Virus record (IMG/VR): IMGVR_UViG_3300045988_115953
Direction: 5' to 3' (one strand)
DNA: 64,000 nucleotides
Origin: a virus
In this document: positions 10,099 through 18,926 of the stretch, piece by piece
How positions within the stretch are numbered: position 1 is the first letter of the stretch
Layout of the letters: each line of letters opens with the position of its first letter
Made by a program: the position numbers and the translations under genes
Notes under the pieces: generated by a model
What the model was told of the DNA's origin: nothing
What the model saw: the letters and a program-made list of their open reading frames with translations, nothing else
Databases searched by the model: none

Positions 10099-10434
10099 TT
10101 ATATTGCGTTTGTGATTTGTAAATCGTGCGTCTCGCCTATCACGCCGACAACCGGTATTCCGCAAGCGTCAGCCACACGGCGTTCCATTTCACAGCCTTT
10201 CGAGCACTGCCATCGGTTCGGCACGATGATGCCGTCGCAGCCGAGGAGCAGGCGTAAGTCCTCTTTCATGTGCTCCGTGTGCGGCGCAGAGTCGGACAAA
10301 GGTTTGCTCATAGGATTGACTGCTTTGTAGCCGAGAATTGTCAGTTCTTTCTCGATCCGAGCGAAAAACTTGTGTCGCTCGTTGAGGTTGTAGCCAGTAA
10401 TCGGCGATGATATGTATATTTTCTTTTTGCTCAT
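10099..10434 (-). CDS. DUF4406 / nucleoside 2-deoxyribosyltransferase-like protein
   Basis: MSKKKIYISSPITGYNLNERHKFFARIEKELTILGYKAVNPM fits the DUF4406 N-terminal pattern. Confidence 0.55.
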   Translation of the reverse strand: MSKKKIYISSPITGYNLNERHKFFARIEKELTILGYKAVNPMSKPLSDSAPHTEHMKEDLRLLLGCDGIIVPNRWQCSKGCEMERRVADACGIPVVGVIGETHDLQITNAI

Positions 10435-10479
10435 TTTTGTTTATCAGATTAAAATATTTTCATTGTTATTTGATTTAAT

Positions 10480-10896
10480 TTATAGTGTCTTAACCAATAC
10501 TTTATATTCTTCATCCTCATCCGTGATTTTATAACCATTAGCTATATACCAATCAAGTATCCATTTAGGAGTATCTGAAGGATGATATGTTAGAGCAATA
10601 GTTTTAGCACCTTTTAATTTGCTGTTATATTCGGCGGCTCTTAACATATAATTGCCGCCTTTTCTGCGCCATTGTGGGTCTACCCATAATGCGTATAATA
10701 TACAATCGGCGTTGCATATATTCTCTTTATCTTCCTGTTTAACGGGGAAACAGACTTGCACGCTTCCTCGATACACCTCGTTTGTGATAAGAATATGCAA
10801 GCCGCTCTCCCATGTTTGAAATTGTACCATATCGTTAAGTTTGGTTAACATCGCAACGCTTGAAGCAATACATAGCGCCCACGCGCTCGGTATCAT
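10480..10896 (-). CDS. GNAT-family N-acetyltransferase (N-terminus uncertain)
   Basis: LWVDPQWRRKGGNYMLRAAE acetyl-CoA-binding-type motif. A 37-aa ORF (MNKKVNKISFTWEQ...) starts upstream in another frame, so the 5' end or frame may be disturbed. Confidence 0.5.
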   Translation of the reverse strand: MIPSAWALCIASSVAMLTKLNDMVQFQTWESGLHILITNEVYRGSVQVCFPVKQEDKENICNADCILYALWVDPQWRRKGGNYMLRAAEYNSKLKGAKTIALTYHPSDTPKWILDWYIANGYKITDEDEEYKVLVKTL

Positions 10897-10974
10897 GCGT
10901 GCTACGCTGTTCCCATGTGAAGGAAATTTTATTTACTTTTTTGTTCATAATTCGAGTTTTATTGAAATTGTTTT

Positions 10975-11178
10975 CTACGCGCCAATTCTTATGCGCACGT
11001 ATCGAGTTGTTAGTTCTCTTTTACGATACCACGTACGCACCTCGTACGTAACAAATACGCCGTATGGGAGTGGCCATGTTTCGATTGATGTACTTATCTT
11101 TTTAAACTTTACTTTAGTGCAGCAATACTGCGTCCGAAACATGGTTTTGTAACGCTTCTTTGTTTTTCTAATCTTCAT
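10975..11178 (-). CDS. small basic hypothetical protein
   Basis: 67-aa ORF whose ATG overlaps the stop of 11168-11308. Confidence 0.35.
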   Translation of the reverse strand: MKIRKTKKRYKTMFRTQYCCTKVKFKKISTSIETWPLPYGVFVTYEVRTWYRKRELTTRYVRIRIGA

Positions 11179-11308
11179 CCTCTACCTCCTTCTTAATTGC
11201 TTCGAGCTGCCGTATGATGTTGTCTATCGTCTTGCCGCTGTAATCAACGGCAATTTCTTTCAGCACGGCAATCTGTGCCGTCAGTCTGATATAGTCTGCT
11301 TGTTTCAT
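11168..11308 (-). CDS. small hypothetical protein (46 aa)
   Basis: Hand-translated: MKQADYIRLTAQIAVLKEIAVDYSGKTIDNIIRQLEAIKKEVEDED. Overlaps the next start. Confidence 0.35.
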   Translation of the reverse strand: MKQADYIRLTAQIAVLKEIAVDYSGKTIDNIIRQLEAIKKEVEDED

Positions 11309-11323
11309 TGTTGCTTGTTTTTA

Positions 11324-11455
11324 TTAAATTTTCCGTGTTTCTCCTTTTGAGAGTTTCAAGAGCTGTATAGTTTCGAGCATTGACCTGCTGCTGCCGCAGT
11401 CAAACCCAGCGTCTTTCAGTTTCTTTATGTGCCGATTCTCCTCTTCTTGTGTCAT
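11324..11455 (-). CDS. small hypothetical protein (43 aa)
   Basis: Hand-translated: MTQEEENRHIKKLKDAGFDCGSSRSMLETIQLLKLSKGETRKI. ATGA overlap with the upstream stop. Confidence 0.35.
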   Translation of the reverse strand: MTQEEENRHIKKLKDAGFDCGSSRSMLETIQLLKLSKGETRKI

Positions 11456-11634
11456 TGTTCTCTGCTTTCGAGTTTGTGTTCTTCGTTCCATTCTTCCTGG
11501 AAGTCCGCGAGTTTTCTGATGATACCCATAAAAACGCTAAAATTTATAGGTTCCGTGACTGTCGGATCTGTAATTCTAACGTGTCTCTCATCGTCAGACA
11601 TCCGAACTCTAAATATTATCGTTGTTTCCTGCAT
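11452..11634 (-). CDS. small hypothetical protein
   Basis: 60-aa ORF, coupled to its neighbours by overlapping stop/start codons. Confidence 0.4.
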   Translation of the reverse strand: MQETTIIFRVRMSDDERHVRITDPTVTEPINFSVFMGIIRKLADFQEEWNEEHKLESREQ

Positions 11635-12019
11635 CTTCGCCTCCTTCCTGCTTGTCGTGGATGTTGCCGATAATTATAAACCGAATGTATTTCAGTATCA
11701 CTCCCAAAGGTATATCGTCACACTTTCCTTTTTCCCTTATGGGCCTTAAAGTGAACGCTCCGAGGTCTTCGGACCACTCCACTGCAAAGGTTGAGTTGTT
11801 ATATCTAAGTATATCACCTTCATATACCTCCTTGCCGTCCTTGTCGAGGAAACCGGTATACTGACCGACGGTATCTGGGGCAACGGCAAACGTAAAAACA
11901 GGTCGCTTATCACGGCATGGATTATTTTTTACGAGAGTCTGATTTGCCACATGGGACAGGTCGCCATAATTCCACTCCCCGTCCTCAAGACTCTTGCCCT
12001 TAAACTTGATTGTTCTCAT
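11609..12019 (-). CDS. YopX-family protein
   Basis: MRTIKFKGKSLEDGEWNYGDL...YTGFLDKDGKEVYEGDIL...IIIGNIHD is the typical YopX layout. Confidence 0.7.
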   Translation of the reverse strand: MRTIKFKGKSLEDGEWNYGDLSHVANQTLVKNNPCRDKRPVFTFAVAPDTVGQYTGFLDKDGKEVYEGDILRYNNSTFAVEWSEDLGAFTLRPIREKGKCDDIPLGVILKYIRFIIIGNIHDKQEGGEDAGNNDNI

Positions 12020-12119
12020 TTCTATAAATCCTTTATGTTGTTATTTTGCTTCTAATAATCTCTTCTCGCAAATCACACCGAAGCCTTTAATGGCGCCTTA
12101 CTGGGGCTTTCTGTTGTTT

Positions 12120-12350
12120 TTAGTTTCGGAAGAGCTTTATTCTCGTTACCTTGTTCTTGGCTCTTGGATTATGGCGCCGCCATTCTTCGGCGAGCTGACG
12201 TTCGAGCTGTTCGTGTCGTATGAAGCGGTCTCCGATGGGTATCTGGAAGACAGCCTGATGGACGCTTCCATCTGATAAATGGATGAGTCCGTGTCTGGTG
12301 ATGGTGTGAGTGTATATCATTGTTCTGTTTTTATGCCGAAGGGTGTGCAT
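12120..12350 (-). CDS. hypothetical protein
   Basis: 76-aa ORF, co-oriented. The start may be an internal ATG. Confidence 0.35.
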   Translation of the reverse strand: MHTLRHKNRTMIYTHTITRHGLIHLSDGSVHQAVFQIPIGDRFIRHEQLERQLAEEWRRHNPRAKNKVTRIKLFRN

Positions 12351-12351
12351 C

Positions 12352-12543
12352 TTATTTTTTCTTTTTCTTGAACTTACTGAAGACTTTAAATTTGGCTTTA
12401 CTTATTTCCCTCTTCCACGCCCGGCGTTCGGCACGGGACATACCGTCTTTCTTGATTGAGAATACTTCCTGCATTTCAGAGATGTTTTGACGCTCGTATT
12501 CATCGAGGAAAGGAATCAAATGCGATGGAATATGTTTGTCCAT
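12352..12543 (-). CDS. small basic protein (KKDGMSRAERRAWKR motif)
   Basis: 63 aa. The C-terminal motif recurs in the 34-aa ORF 21376-21480. Confidence 0.45.
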   Translation of the reverse strand: MDKHIPSHLIPFLDEYERQNISEMQEVFSIKKDGMSRAERRAWKREISKAKFKVFSKFKKKKK

Positions 12544-12544
12544 A

Positions 12545-12700
12545 TTATCTTTTTACATATCTATAGGTATCCATTTCTGTTTTGTAATCCATATTACAAC
12601 TCTCATCTCTTGTCCAAGGTAACCTTATAAGTACTTCTTTGGTAGAAGAACAAGGAATGTTAATCCAAATCTTATCTCTTTGCTTTTTCGTCATTCCCAT
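12545..12700 (-). CDS. small hypothetical protein (51 aa)
   Basis: Hand-translated: MGMTKKQRDKIWINIPCSST... Its stop lies 1 nt before the next ATG. Confidence 0.3.
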   Translation of the reverse strand: MGMTKKQRDKIWINIPCSSTKEVLIRLPWTRDESCNMDYKTEMDTYRYVKR

Positions 12701-12711
12701 ATTAACTATAG

Positions 12712-13119
12712 TTAAATTGTTATCTTAATGCCGAAGGGTGTGCCGTCGGCGAATTGAATGTCATCGAATGCAGACTCGAAGTTTTCGCCTTCGTAGCCGC
12801 AGAAGTCGCAGCCTTCGTCGTTGAGAGACATGAAAGACATGTAATTCTTTCTGTTCTTGCTGCTCATGATGCCGAAGGGGGCGTGCTTGAGCATTTCCTG
12901 CCAGTACTCCTCGGCGTTGCGGAAGGGACGGTAGGGAGGCTCGGGCTTGACGCGGTAGTTATTAGGTTCTTCTAAAAGATTATTTACAGGTACCCCTACA
13001 GAATATTCAAGGTCTGACCATTCTTTTATACCCAGACTGGGGTCTCTATACTGAATAATTTTGCCTTCCGCAAAAGCCAGTATCAGAGGAAGGGCTATCT
13101 TTATTTGTTCTCTTGTCAT
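12712..13119 (-). CDS. hypothetical protein
   Basis: 135-aa ORF. No family recognised. Confidence 0.5.
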   Translation of the reverse strand: MTREQIKIALPLILAFAEGKIIQYRDPSLGIKEWSDLEYSVGVPVNNLLEEPNNYRVKPEPPYRPFRNAEEYWQEMLKHAPFGIMSSKNRKNYMSFMSLNDEGCDFCGYEGENFESAFDDIQFADGTPFGIKITI

Positions 13120-13159
13120 AATATCTATTTTTTATACTTTTAATGAGTTTTCGTAGGGA

Positions 13160-13582
13160 TTAAGGTCTATCCAGTTCAAATTTACTATCCAAGCCCAAGC
13201 CAAATAAGAGGTGTTGGAGCTGGTGAACATATTTTAGTTCTATAATACTATCACGATATTCAAAATCAGCGAAATAGAAAAATCTGTCAAACATATCATA
13301 TTGTATATACACTTCATCCTTGTAGTAGAGCAGAGTCCTATTGCTTGATTTACTTTTCTTCCACTTCCCATTCTCCTCCAGTATTTCGGGAGTTAGAGGA
13401 ATAGGCTTTATATCTACAGGTCTTACTTCTATGGAAAAGTAAGCATCGTCATACTCAATATCAGGATTATAGTCATGATGGCATACTTTTATGAAATAAT
13501 TGGTCTTGTAGGTTTCCAAAACCCTTGCCAATTTTCTTCTGAATATAACCCAATCACCTGGGATGTATCTGTCTTTTTTCAT
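13160..13582 (-). CDS. hypothetical protein, paralogue family A
   Basis: Shares PLTPEILEENGKW and YVHQLQHLLFGLG motifs with 18034-18471 and, more loosely, with 13721-14170. Confidence 0.5.
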   Translation of the reverse strand: MKKDRYIPGDWVIFRRKLARVLETYKTNYFIKVCHHDYNPDIEYDDAYFSIEVRPVDIKPIPLTPEILEENGKWKKSKSSNRTLLYYKDEVYIQYDMFDRFFYFADFEYRDSIIELKYVHQLQHLLFGLGLDSKFELDRP

Positions 13583-13720
13583 CCGTTTTACTTTTTAATA
13601 CTTTCTGAGCTATCCTCGCCCCTGTCATAAGGGCAATCAAACATCTGAGGACAAAGACCGCAACCTACAATATGCTTTAGGTCACATTTCTTTCTTGATT
13701 TGTAACTCATAAATTCTTTG

Positions 13721-14170
13721 TTAGACAATTATTTTTATGCTCTCCTTGGTGGCAGCGATGATATTCTGTATCTCGTGAACGAAGGATATCTCGCACAATT
13801 CACATGCGCAATAGAATGCGCTGTAGGCATCGTATTGAAGGTAATGCCAGATTTCCAAACAACTATCTTCATGCTCGTATTGACACCATTCAAAACCATC
13901 TTCATCTATGTGATGTCTGACATTTTCGAAACCGTTCTTTCTGAGAAACTCACTGTTGATAGGAATACCCTCGATGTCATCGCACCAAACACCGTGAGAG
14001 AACTCCCATTCTTCCCTAACGATTTGAAGTAGATCTGCAAGTCCTTTCTTTTCTTCATGTGTCCGCTCGGAGTCTATGGCTACGACCTCACAAAGTGCTC
14101 CTTTGGGAAACATGCAGTTATCACTGCTGACCCTTACATAATTTCCTATTCTTAAATCTTCCGCTTTCAT
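13721..14170 (-). CDS. hypothetical protein, paralogue family A (divergent)
   Basis: Start refined to ATG 14170 (MKAEDLRIGNYVRV). Carries the GIPINSEFLRKNGFE and FVHEIQN motifs. Confidence 0.45.
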   Translation of the reverse strand: MKAEDLRIGNYVRVSSDNCMFPKGALCEVVAIDSERTHEEKKGLADLLQIVREEWEFSHGVWCDDIEGIPINSEFLRKNGFENVRHHIDEDGFEWCQYEHEDSCLEIWHYLQYDAYSAFYCACELCEISFVHEIQNIIAATKESIKIIV

Positions 14171-14192
14171 AGTCTCTGTTCTTCCTTTGTCA

Positions 14193-14492
14193 TTATTGTT
14201 TATTTTTATAATCCGATTCATCGTCAAGTATGTCGTTGAGCCTTTTGTTTTCCTTGCGATACCACTCCGATGTACGCTTTAGCTCTTCGTAACGATTCTT
14301 TCTATCTTGCCATCGGGTGACGGGGGAAAGCAGGAAATCCGTGATTCTTTCTACGAAAATGAAGTATTCGTCGAAAACGAAATTGTCTGTCAGCCCCTTG
14401 AAGATGGCAAATGGGATGTAACCTATGAGCATTATGGTAAGGATAGGGGACAGAAGAATGGCACAGATGATTCTTGTAATGACTTGTTTCAT
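14193..14492 (-). CDS. small membrane protein
   Basis: 99 aa with the N-terminal TM segment ITRIICAILLSPILTIMLIGYIPFAIF. Confidence 0.45.
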   Translation of the reverse strand: MKQVITRIICAILLSPILTIMLIGYIPFAIFKGLTDNFVFDEYFIFVERITDFLLSPVTRWQDRKNRYEELKRTSEWYRKENKRLNDILDDESDYKNKQ

Positions 14493-14508
14493 GTTGTGTT
14501 ACGTTTTG

Positions 14509-14799
14509 TTATTTATCACTTATACGGGCTTTAAGATTTTCGATTTTACACTCATATTGTTTGATTCTTTCCCGTAAGACAAAATTAGAATCGTATTCGC
14601 CGCACCAATAAAGTCCACACTCCAACATGGTGGAAATGTAAAGCTTATAAGCCTCTTGAGTACAGGCATTTAAGGCAAGAATATATTTCTTATTGTGCTG
14701 ATGATACATAAGATACTCCCAAGTCTGAACCTCTCCGTTATAGATCCTTGTTATCGTGCAGCCGGGTGTCAGCTGTGGTATGTCTTTTAATTGCTTCAT
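14509..14799 (-). CDS. hypothetical protein
   Basis: Start refined to ATG 14799 (MKQLKDIPQL). A 10-bp hairpin (CCTCTCCCCA/TGGGGAGAGG, ~14816-14843) sits just upstream. Confidence 0.45.
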   Translation of the reverse strand: MKQLKDIPQLTPGCTITRIYNGEVQTWEYLMYHQHNKKYILALNACTQEAYKLYISTMLECGLYWCGEYDSNFVLRERIKQYECKIENLKARISDK

Positions 14800-14855
14800 G
14801 TTTTCTTGTTTTTGCCTCTCCCCAGAGGATAGTGGGGAGAGGATTGTTAGTTTTT

Positions 14856-15035
14856 CTATTTCGTAAACTCTATCATATATTGCGCAAGCACGGCACTTAC
14901 ATAACATAAAGTCATAAGTATTGCAGCTACAGATGCAACTATAATACTTACCGTTCTTAACTTTGGTGTTTCAGACCAAAATAGTGCGCTAACAATCAGG
15001 AAAACAGTTCCTAAAATTGTCAATAATGTTACCAT
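14856..15035 (-). CDS. small two-TM membrane protein (59 aa)
   Basis: Hand-translated: MVTLLTILGTVFLIVSALFWSETPKLRTVSIIVASVAAILMTLCYVSAVLAQYMIEFTK. Confidence 0.35.
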   Translation of the reverse strand: MVTLLTILGTVFLIVSALFWSETPKLRTVSIIVASVAAILMTLCYVSAVLAQYMIEFTK

Positions 15036-15237
15036 ATTTCTATCTATTTATGCCCGAAGGCGGTTAAACTCCCAACATTCTATCAATAAATCTTTTCACA
15101 ACTTCCACTGCCCTATACTCTTCTACTCTTATCCTTTTTTCGTATCTGTTACAAAGCAAGTTCAATGAACCTCTAAGATTTATTAAATCTTCTTCAGCAA
15201 GCTTATCATTATTCATATCTACACCTCCATTTCTTCT

Positions 15238-15885
15238 TCAATCCGAAAAGCAAACAGGATATGCTGTAACTGGGAGGCATACTGTCTCGAAGTCGTAGAC
15301 GAAGACATAGGGGTTGGAATCCCATGTGCCTTTGCCGCTGATTTTGTCTATCAAGGCAGCGTAGGCTTCTCTTGCGGTTCTGTACGGTGAGTTTGCCAGT
15401 CCTGTGTACCAATATGTTACGCCTTCAAGTCCTACGTCATGCGCCTCCCAAATGCCTTCTGCCAGACAGTCTTTTTCGCTGATGTCTTGCAGACGTTCGA
15501 GGCGAATGTTGGTAATGCGAATATGATGGGGCATAAGGTCTGCACGGACAAACATCTTGTTGGTGCATCCTTTCTCGTATTTGATGCATTCCAAAGGCAT
15601 TCCGTTTTTGCCACAAAGACGGTAAAATTCATCGTTCTTTATCAAATCTTCGTATTTCTGGGCGATGGCTATGGTTTCGCCTATTTTATAGCGGGCGGTT
15701 TTAAACCTGTTGTTGCAAAGCGTAAGCAGAGCCTGCCCATTGTCGAGCTTTTTGAGTTGAAAATCTTCACCATCAAACACAACAAACCCATTTTGCGTAT
15801 AAACGATTCTTCTCGTCTGCGTCTTGCGGCCTTCGAGTACGGCTTGCGTGAGGCCGTAGCGGTCGTTGAACATGATTTTCTTCAT
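15238..15885 (-). CDS. ASCH-domain-like protein
   Basis: The N-terminus MKKIMFNDRYGLTQAVLEGRKTQTRRIV fits the ASCH (PUA-like) pattern seen in phage proteins. Confidence 0.5.
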   Translation of the reverse strand: MKKIMFNDRYGLTQAVLEGRKTQTRRIVYTQNGFVVFDGEDFQLKKLDNGQALLTLCNNRFKTARYKIGETIAIAQKYEDLIKNDEFYRLCGKNGMPLECIKYEKGCTNKMFVRADLMPHHIRITNIRLERLQDISEKDCLAEGIWEAHDVGLEGVTYWYTGLANSPYRTAREAYAALIDKISGKGTWDSNPYVFVYDFETVCLPVTAYPVCFSD

Positions 15886-15900
15886 ATTTCTTTATATCTC

Positions 15901-16167
15901 TTATCTTGTTTCATTTTTGGTTTTATCTAATACTGCCAAAATATCATCACTAACTATTTCGTCTGCATAACGCATAGGAATGTAATCATTTTTATAGCCC
16001 CTCACGGCACAATTATTAACAGTAAGTCTATAATTAATTCTAAAAATTAACTCATGCACATCATCGTCTGATTTACATTTTCGTAACCCATCTTCTATAT
16101 CTCCTCTAAGGAGGCACGGAACATCGTGGGTTTTTATGTAATTTAAAACTATTTCTTTGTAGCTCAT
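15901..16167 (-). CDS. hypothetical protein
   Basis: 88-aa ORF. Confidence 0.45.
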   Translation of the reverse strand: MSYKEIVLNYIKTHDVPCLLRGDIEDGLRKCKSDDDVHELIFRINYRLTVNNCAVRGYKNDYIPMRYADEIVSDDILAVLDKTKNETR

Positions 16168-16323
16168 ATCAATTCATTATGTCACTTTCAAACATCTCTC
16201 TTAAAAATCTCCAGATATACCTTACACGCTATCCGCCACCAATCAAATCCGTATCTCTATATTCTTCAATTTGATTATAGCAAGATCCGCTCTCTGGCAT
16301 TGTTACCGGTTTATTGTGTGTGA

Positions 16324-16509
16324 TTAATGTTTCTTACGATGTGTTTTCTTGTTCTTGTTTTTCTTGTGCCGCTTAGCGACTTGCTTTTTGTAATAAGCCT
16401 CGTTCTTTGTTTTGCGGAATTTACACTTGCCGACATTGAAGTTTTGAAATGACGGTTTAAGATGAAAATAGTAATAGTCTGAGACTATATATGATAATGA
16501 CGAATCCAT
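16324..16509 (-). CDS. small basic hypothetical protein
   Basis: 61 aa with a lysine-rich tail. Confidence 0.35.
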   Translation of the reverse strand: MDSSLSYIVSDYYYFHLKPSFQNFNVGKCKFRKTKNEAYYKKQVAKRHKKNKNKKTHRKKH

Positions 16510-16534
16510 AATTATGTTGATTGTAATTTTGCTA

Positions 16535-16708
16535 CTACCCTTTTAATGTCAGGGCTTCAATGACATTTGAAAAACGGAGACAATATGGGTCCTTGTCTAT
16601 CTTGGGCTTAGAGTTAAGTTTCTTTCCGTCCAGAAAGCATGGCATGCCCATGTAATACGGTATCCCCTGCTTATAAGTTATTTTTTCATATATGTCGTTT
16701 TCTTTCAT
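16535..16708 (-). CDS. small hypothetical protein (57 aa)
   Basis: Hand-translated: MKENDIYEKITYKQGIPYYMGMPCFLDGKKLNSKPKIDKDPYCLRFSNVIEALTLKG. Confidence 0.3.
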   Translation of the reverse strand: MKENDIYEKITYKQGIPYYMGMPCFLDGKKLNSKPKIDKDPYCLRFSNVIEALTLKG

Positions 16709-16807
16709 TGCATTTATTTTAAAGCACCCTGCCCTAAACTATAATAAAGGACAGGGGCCTGTTTGATTCACATAAGCCTTGTTTAGGCTCTTTATAAGAC
16801 AGTTGGA

Positions 16808-17521
16808 TTACTCAAGCGGTCCGTTTATTCCGTAGGCTTGAGGAAGCTTGCGAATTGTGGCAGAGCCGTAGCTGTTCTTGGTGAGGAGGACGAACTGGCG
16901 GACTGTGGTGGCGTCGTTGAGACTGATGCCTTTGTCTTTGCAGAAGCTCTCTCGTCCCATGCGGCACGAGCCGGTGAGAACGTGATGATAAGCGAAGAGG
17001 TCTCGGTTTGGGTAAGGGGTGTCATAGTCGGGGAATTTCTCGCGGAAAGCCTCAATTCGCTCCTCTTCGGTGCTGTTATCGTAGAGTTTTTCTTGCAGGG
17101 ACGTGAAGGCGTCATGCAGAGTGTCACCGTGGGCAAAGTGGTTCTGTTCCTTGACGATGTAGCAGGGGTGTAGGGTAAGGTCGCTATTTAGAATGAAACC
17201 TTGTGCAATGTTGTCGCGAACGGATTTTATAATCGTTGGTACGTCGTCTATTATATAGACCTTGTCACCATTCAGCACCTTTATGCCATCGCCATAGCCA
17301 TAGCCAGAGCCATCGCCATAGCCAGAGCCATAGCCATCGCCATAGCCATCGCCATAGCCATCGCCATCGCCAGAGCCATCGCCATCGCCATAGCCACAGC
17401 CATCGCCATAGCCATCGCCATAGCCATAGCCATCGCCATCGCCAGAGCCATCGCCATCGCCATAGCCACAGCCAGAGCTGACGCTCAAGAATGCTTTGAT
17501 TCGGTCTTCTAACGTCTCCAT
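16808..17521 (-). CDS. protein with ~70-aa G/D/Y/S low-complexity repeat domain
   Basis: Start refined to ATG 17521 (METLEDRIKAF). Residues ~20-90 are (GYGDGDGSGDGDGY)n-like and are encoded by a GCCATAGCCATCGCC-type microsatellite at 17281-17470. The C-terminal ~150 aa is globular. Confidence 0.6.
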   Translation of the reverse strand: METLEDRIKAFLSVSSGCGYGDGDGSGDGDGYGYGDGYGDGCGYGDGDGSGDGDGYGDGYGDGYGSGYGDGSGYGYGDGIKVLNGDKVYIIDDVPTIIKSVRDNIAQGFILNSDLTLHPCYIVKEQNHFAHGDTLHDAFTSLQEKLYDNSTEEERIEAFREKFPDYDTPYPNRDLFAYHHVLTGSCRMGRESFCKDKGISLNDATTVRQFVLLTKNSYGSATIRKLPQAYGINGPLE

Positions 17522-17805
17522 GCTTCTACCTCCTCTATTGACTTGACGGCTTTGTCCGAACAAGTGATGATTTCGATGGCGTCGAGAATGGTGATGCTGT
17601 CTACTGAGACCGTGAACTTACAGCTGTTTGGCCTTGATGTTCCCTCTTGGGCGAGCTGTGAGAGTGACGCTGCTCCTTCCCAGTACCAGATACGTCGGGC
17701 GTTATGCAGCGTGACCTCTCTGCCGTTGTGTGCTACGAGTGTTCCGAACTCTACTCCGCTGCGGTCGCCGCGGATGATTACTTTCTTTCCGATGTTTGTT
17801 TCCAT
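17509..17805 (-). CDS. hypothetical protein
   Basis: 98-aa ORF. The downstream gene's start (17521) lies inside its 3' end. Confidence 0.5.
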   Translation of the reverse strand: METNIGKKVIIRGDRSGVEFGTLVAHNGREVTLHNARRIWYWEGAASLSQLAQEGTSRPNSCKFTVSVDSITILDAIEIITCSDKAVKSIEEVEAWRR

Positions 17806-17832
17806 TGTTTTTGTTTTTATATTGTTTGTGTA

Positions 17833-18024
17833 TTAATGTTTGTTTTTATTTGCGATTAGTATCCTCAACTTACTTAAGCTTTTGAATGGACAATCTTTAG
17901 CAACACTTTCAATGTGTTCACTCTGTCCTTGCAACTCGCAGGAATACATGTCTCCAAAGCCAAATGACCAAACAATGAAGTGTTTGCAATTACATTCCTT
18001 ACAGGTTTTTTCTATCTTATTCAT
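17833..18024 (-). CDS. small Cys-rich protein
   Basis: 63 aa with CKECNC...C...C spacing, possibly a zinc ribbon. Confidence 0.4.
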   Translation of the reverse strand: MNKIEKTCKECNCKHFIVWSFGFGDMYSCELQGQSEHIESVAKDCPFKSLSKLRILIANKNKH

Positions 18025-18033
18025 ATTCGATTT

Positions 18034-18471
18034 TTAAATTTTTAAGTTCGCATCCTCGCCGAGTACCCAGAGGATATGTTGGAGCTGGTGGACGTACTGG
18101 ATTTTATTCCCAAAACGATAAGTTGAGTCGGCTACAACAAGCTCAAATCCTTCTTGTTTTTTATAAATACTTTGTTCTAAGCTTACATAAAAAGCGTCTT
18201 TGCCTTTTGAGTAAATATCGCAAGATGAAGTCGGATCATGTCTCTTATTCCATCCGTTCTTTTCGAGGATTTCGGGAGTAAGGAGGATGCCTTCGATGTG
18301 GTCTCTGATGGTGTACAGGTCTTGTCTACAGTCAGATTCACTGGGGCTGCGGAGACCAATGTAAATTTCAGAGATGTCTATTACTACGAATATGTCGCCT
18401 TGCTTGTATTCGGGAAGGTCTACGGTGATCTGCACGAGGTCGCCGAGACGTAGGTCTTTTTGATGAATCAT
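18034..18471 (-). CDS. hypothetical protein, paralogue family A
   Basis: LLTPEILEKNGWNKR and YVHQLQHILWVLGEDANLKI parallel 13160-13582. Confidence 0.5.
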   Translation of the reverse strand: MIHQKDLRLGDLVQITVDLPEYKQGDIFVVIDISEIYIGLRSPSESDCRQDLYTIRDHIEGILLTPEILEKNGWNKRHDPTSSCDIYSKGKDAFYVSLEQSIYKKQEGFELVVADSTYRFGNKIQYVHQLQHILWVLGEDANLKI

Positions 18472-18497
18472 GTGATGGAATTTTTAGATATATATTT

Positions 18498-18545
18498 AAG
18501 CCTTTCTGGGCCTTATTGAGCCTCTTTATGAGGCTGCTTGCGGGC
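18498..18545 (+). repeat. 10-bp-phased RRGCCT array
   Basis: AAGCCT-TTCT-GGGCCT-TATT-GAGCCT-CTTT (18498-18527), then ATGAGGCTGCTTG. Same orientation even though the flanking genes are on the minus strand. Confidence 0.6.
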
Positions 18546-18924
18546 TGACGCCGTTATCGGGAGAGGTGTTTTCGGGGGTGTCGGGGTCGTTTTTCAGCAT
18601 TTCGTGGCGGAGACCCATGAGCCATGAGCGGAGGTTGATGGTGGGCTTGTGGGTCAGGTTGGCTTCCCGCCATTCAGCGTATTGGTCGTAGGACATGTTG
18701 TACTCAAGGATGAGAACCATCTCGTCTGGGGCGAGAAAGTCGGTGTCTTCGAAATCGCAGAGTCCGCCTGGGGTGTCAAGTATCCAGTGAAATTCACGGG
18801 AATCCTCGAAGAGGCGGTGATTGATGCGTTCGGCGAGTTCGTTGCATACGTTGCTGAACTTTTCGCACAGGGCTAAGTTGGTGCAGTGCTCACGCATGTT
18901 GTCTATGATTTCCTGTTGTTTCAT
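18526..18924 (-). CDS. hypothetical protein
   Basis: 132-aa ORF whose 3' end overlaps an RRGCCT array. Confidence 0.5.
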   Translation of the reverse strand: MKQQEIIDNMREHCTNLALCEKFSNVCNELAERINHRLFEDSREFHWILDTPGGLCDFEDTDFLAPDEMVLILEYNMSYDQYAEWREANLTHKPTINLRSWLMGLRHEMLKNDPDTPENTSPDNGVSPQAAS

Positions 18925-18926
18925 TG

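Noticed and set aside
10955-10985. TTTTATTGAAATTGTTTTCTAC as another CRISPR-repeat mimic
   Set aside because: Only the ATTGAAAT octamer matches, and about two chance occurrences are expected per 64 kb on both strands. There is no flanking repeat-like structure, promoter or terminator.
17201-17512. ORFs encoding (AI)n, (HS/HR)n and (MA)n repeats
   Set aside because: These are frame and strand artefacts of the microsatellite that encodes the G/D/Y repeat of 16808-17521.
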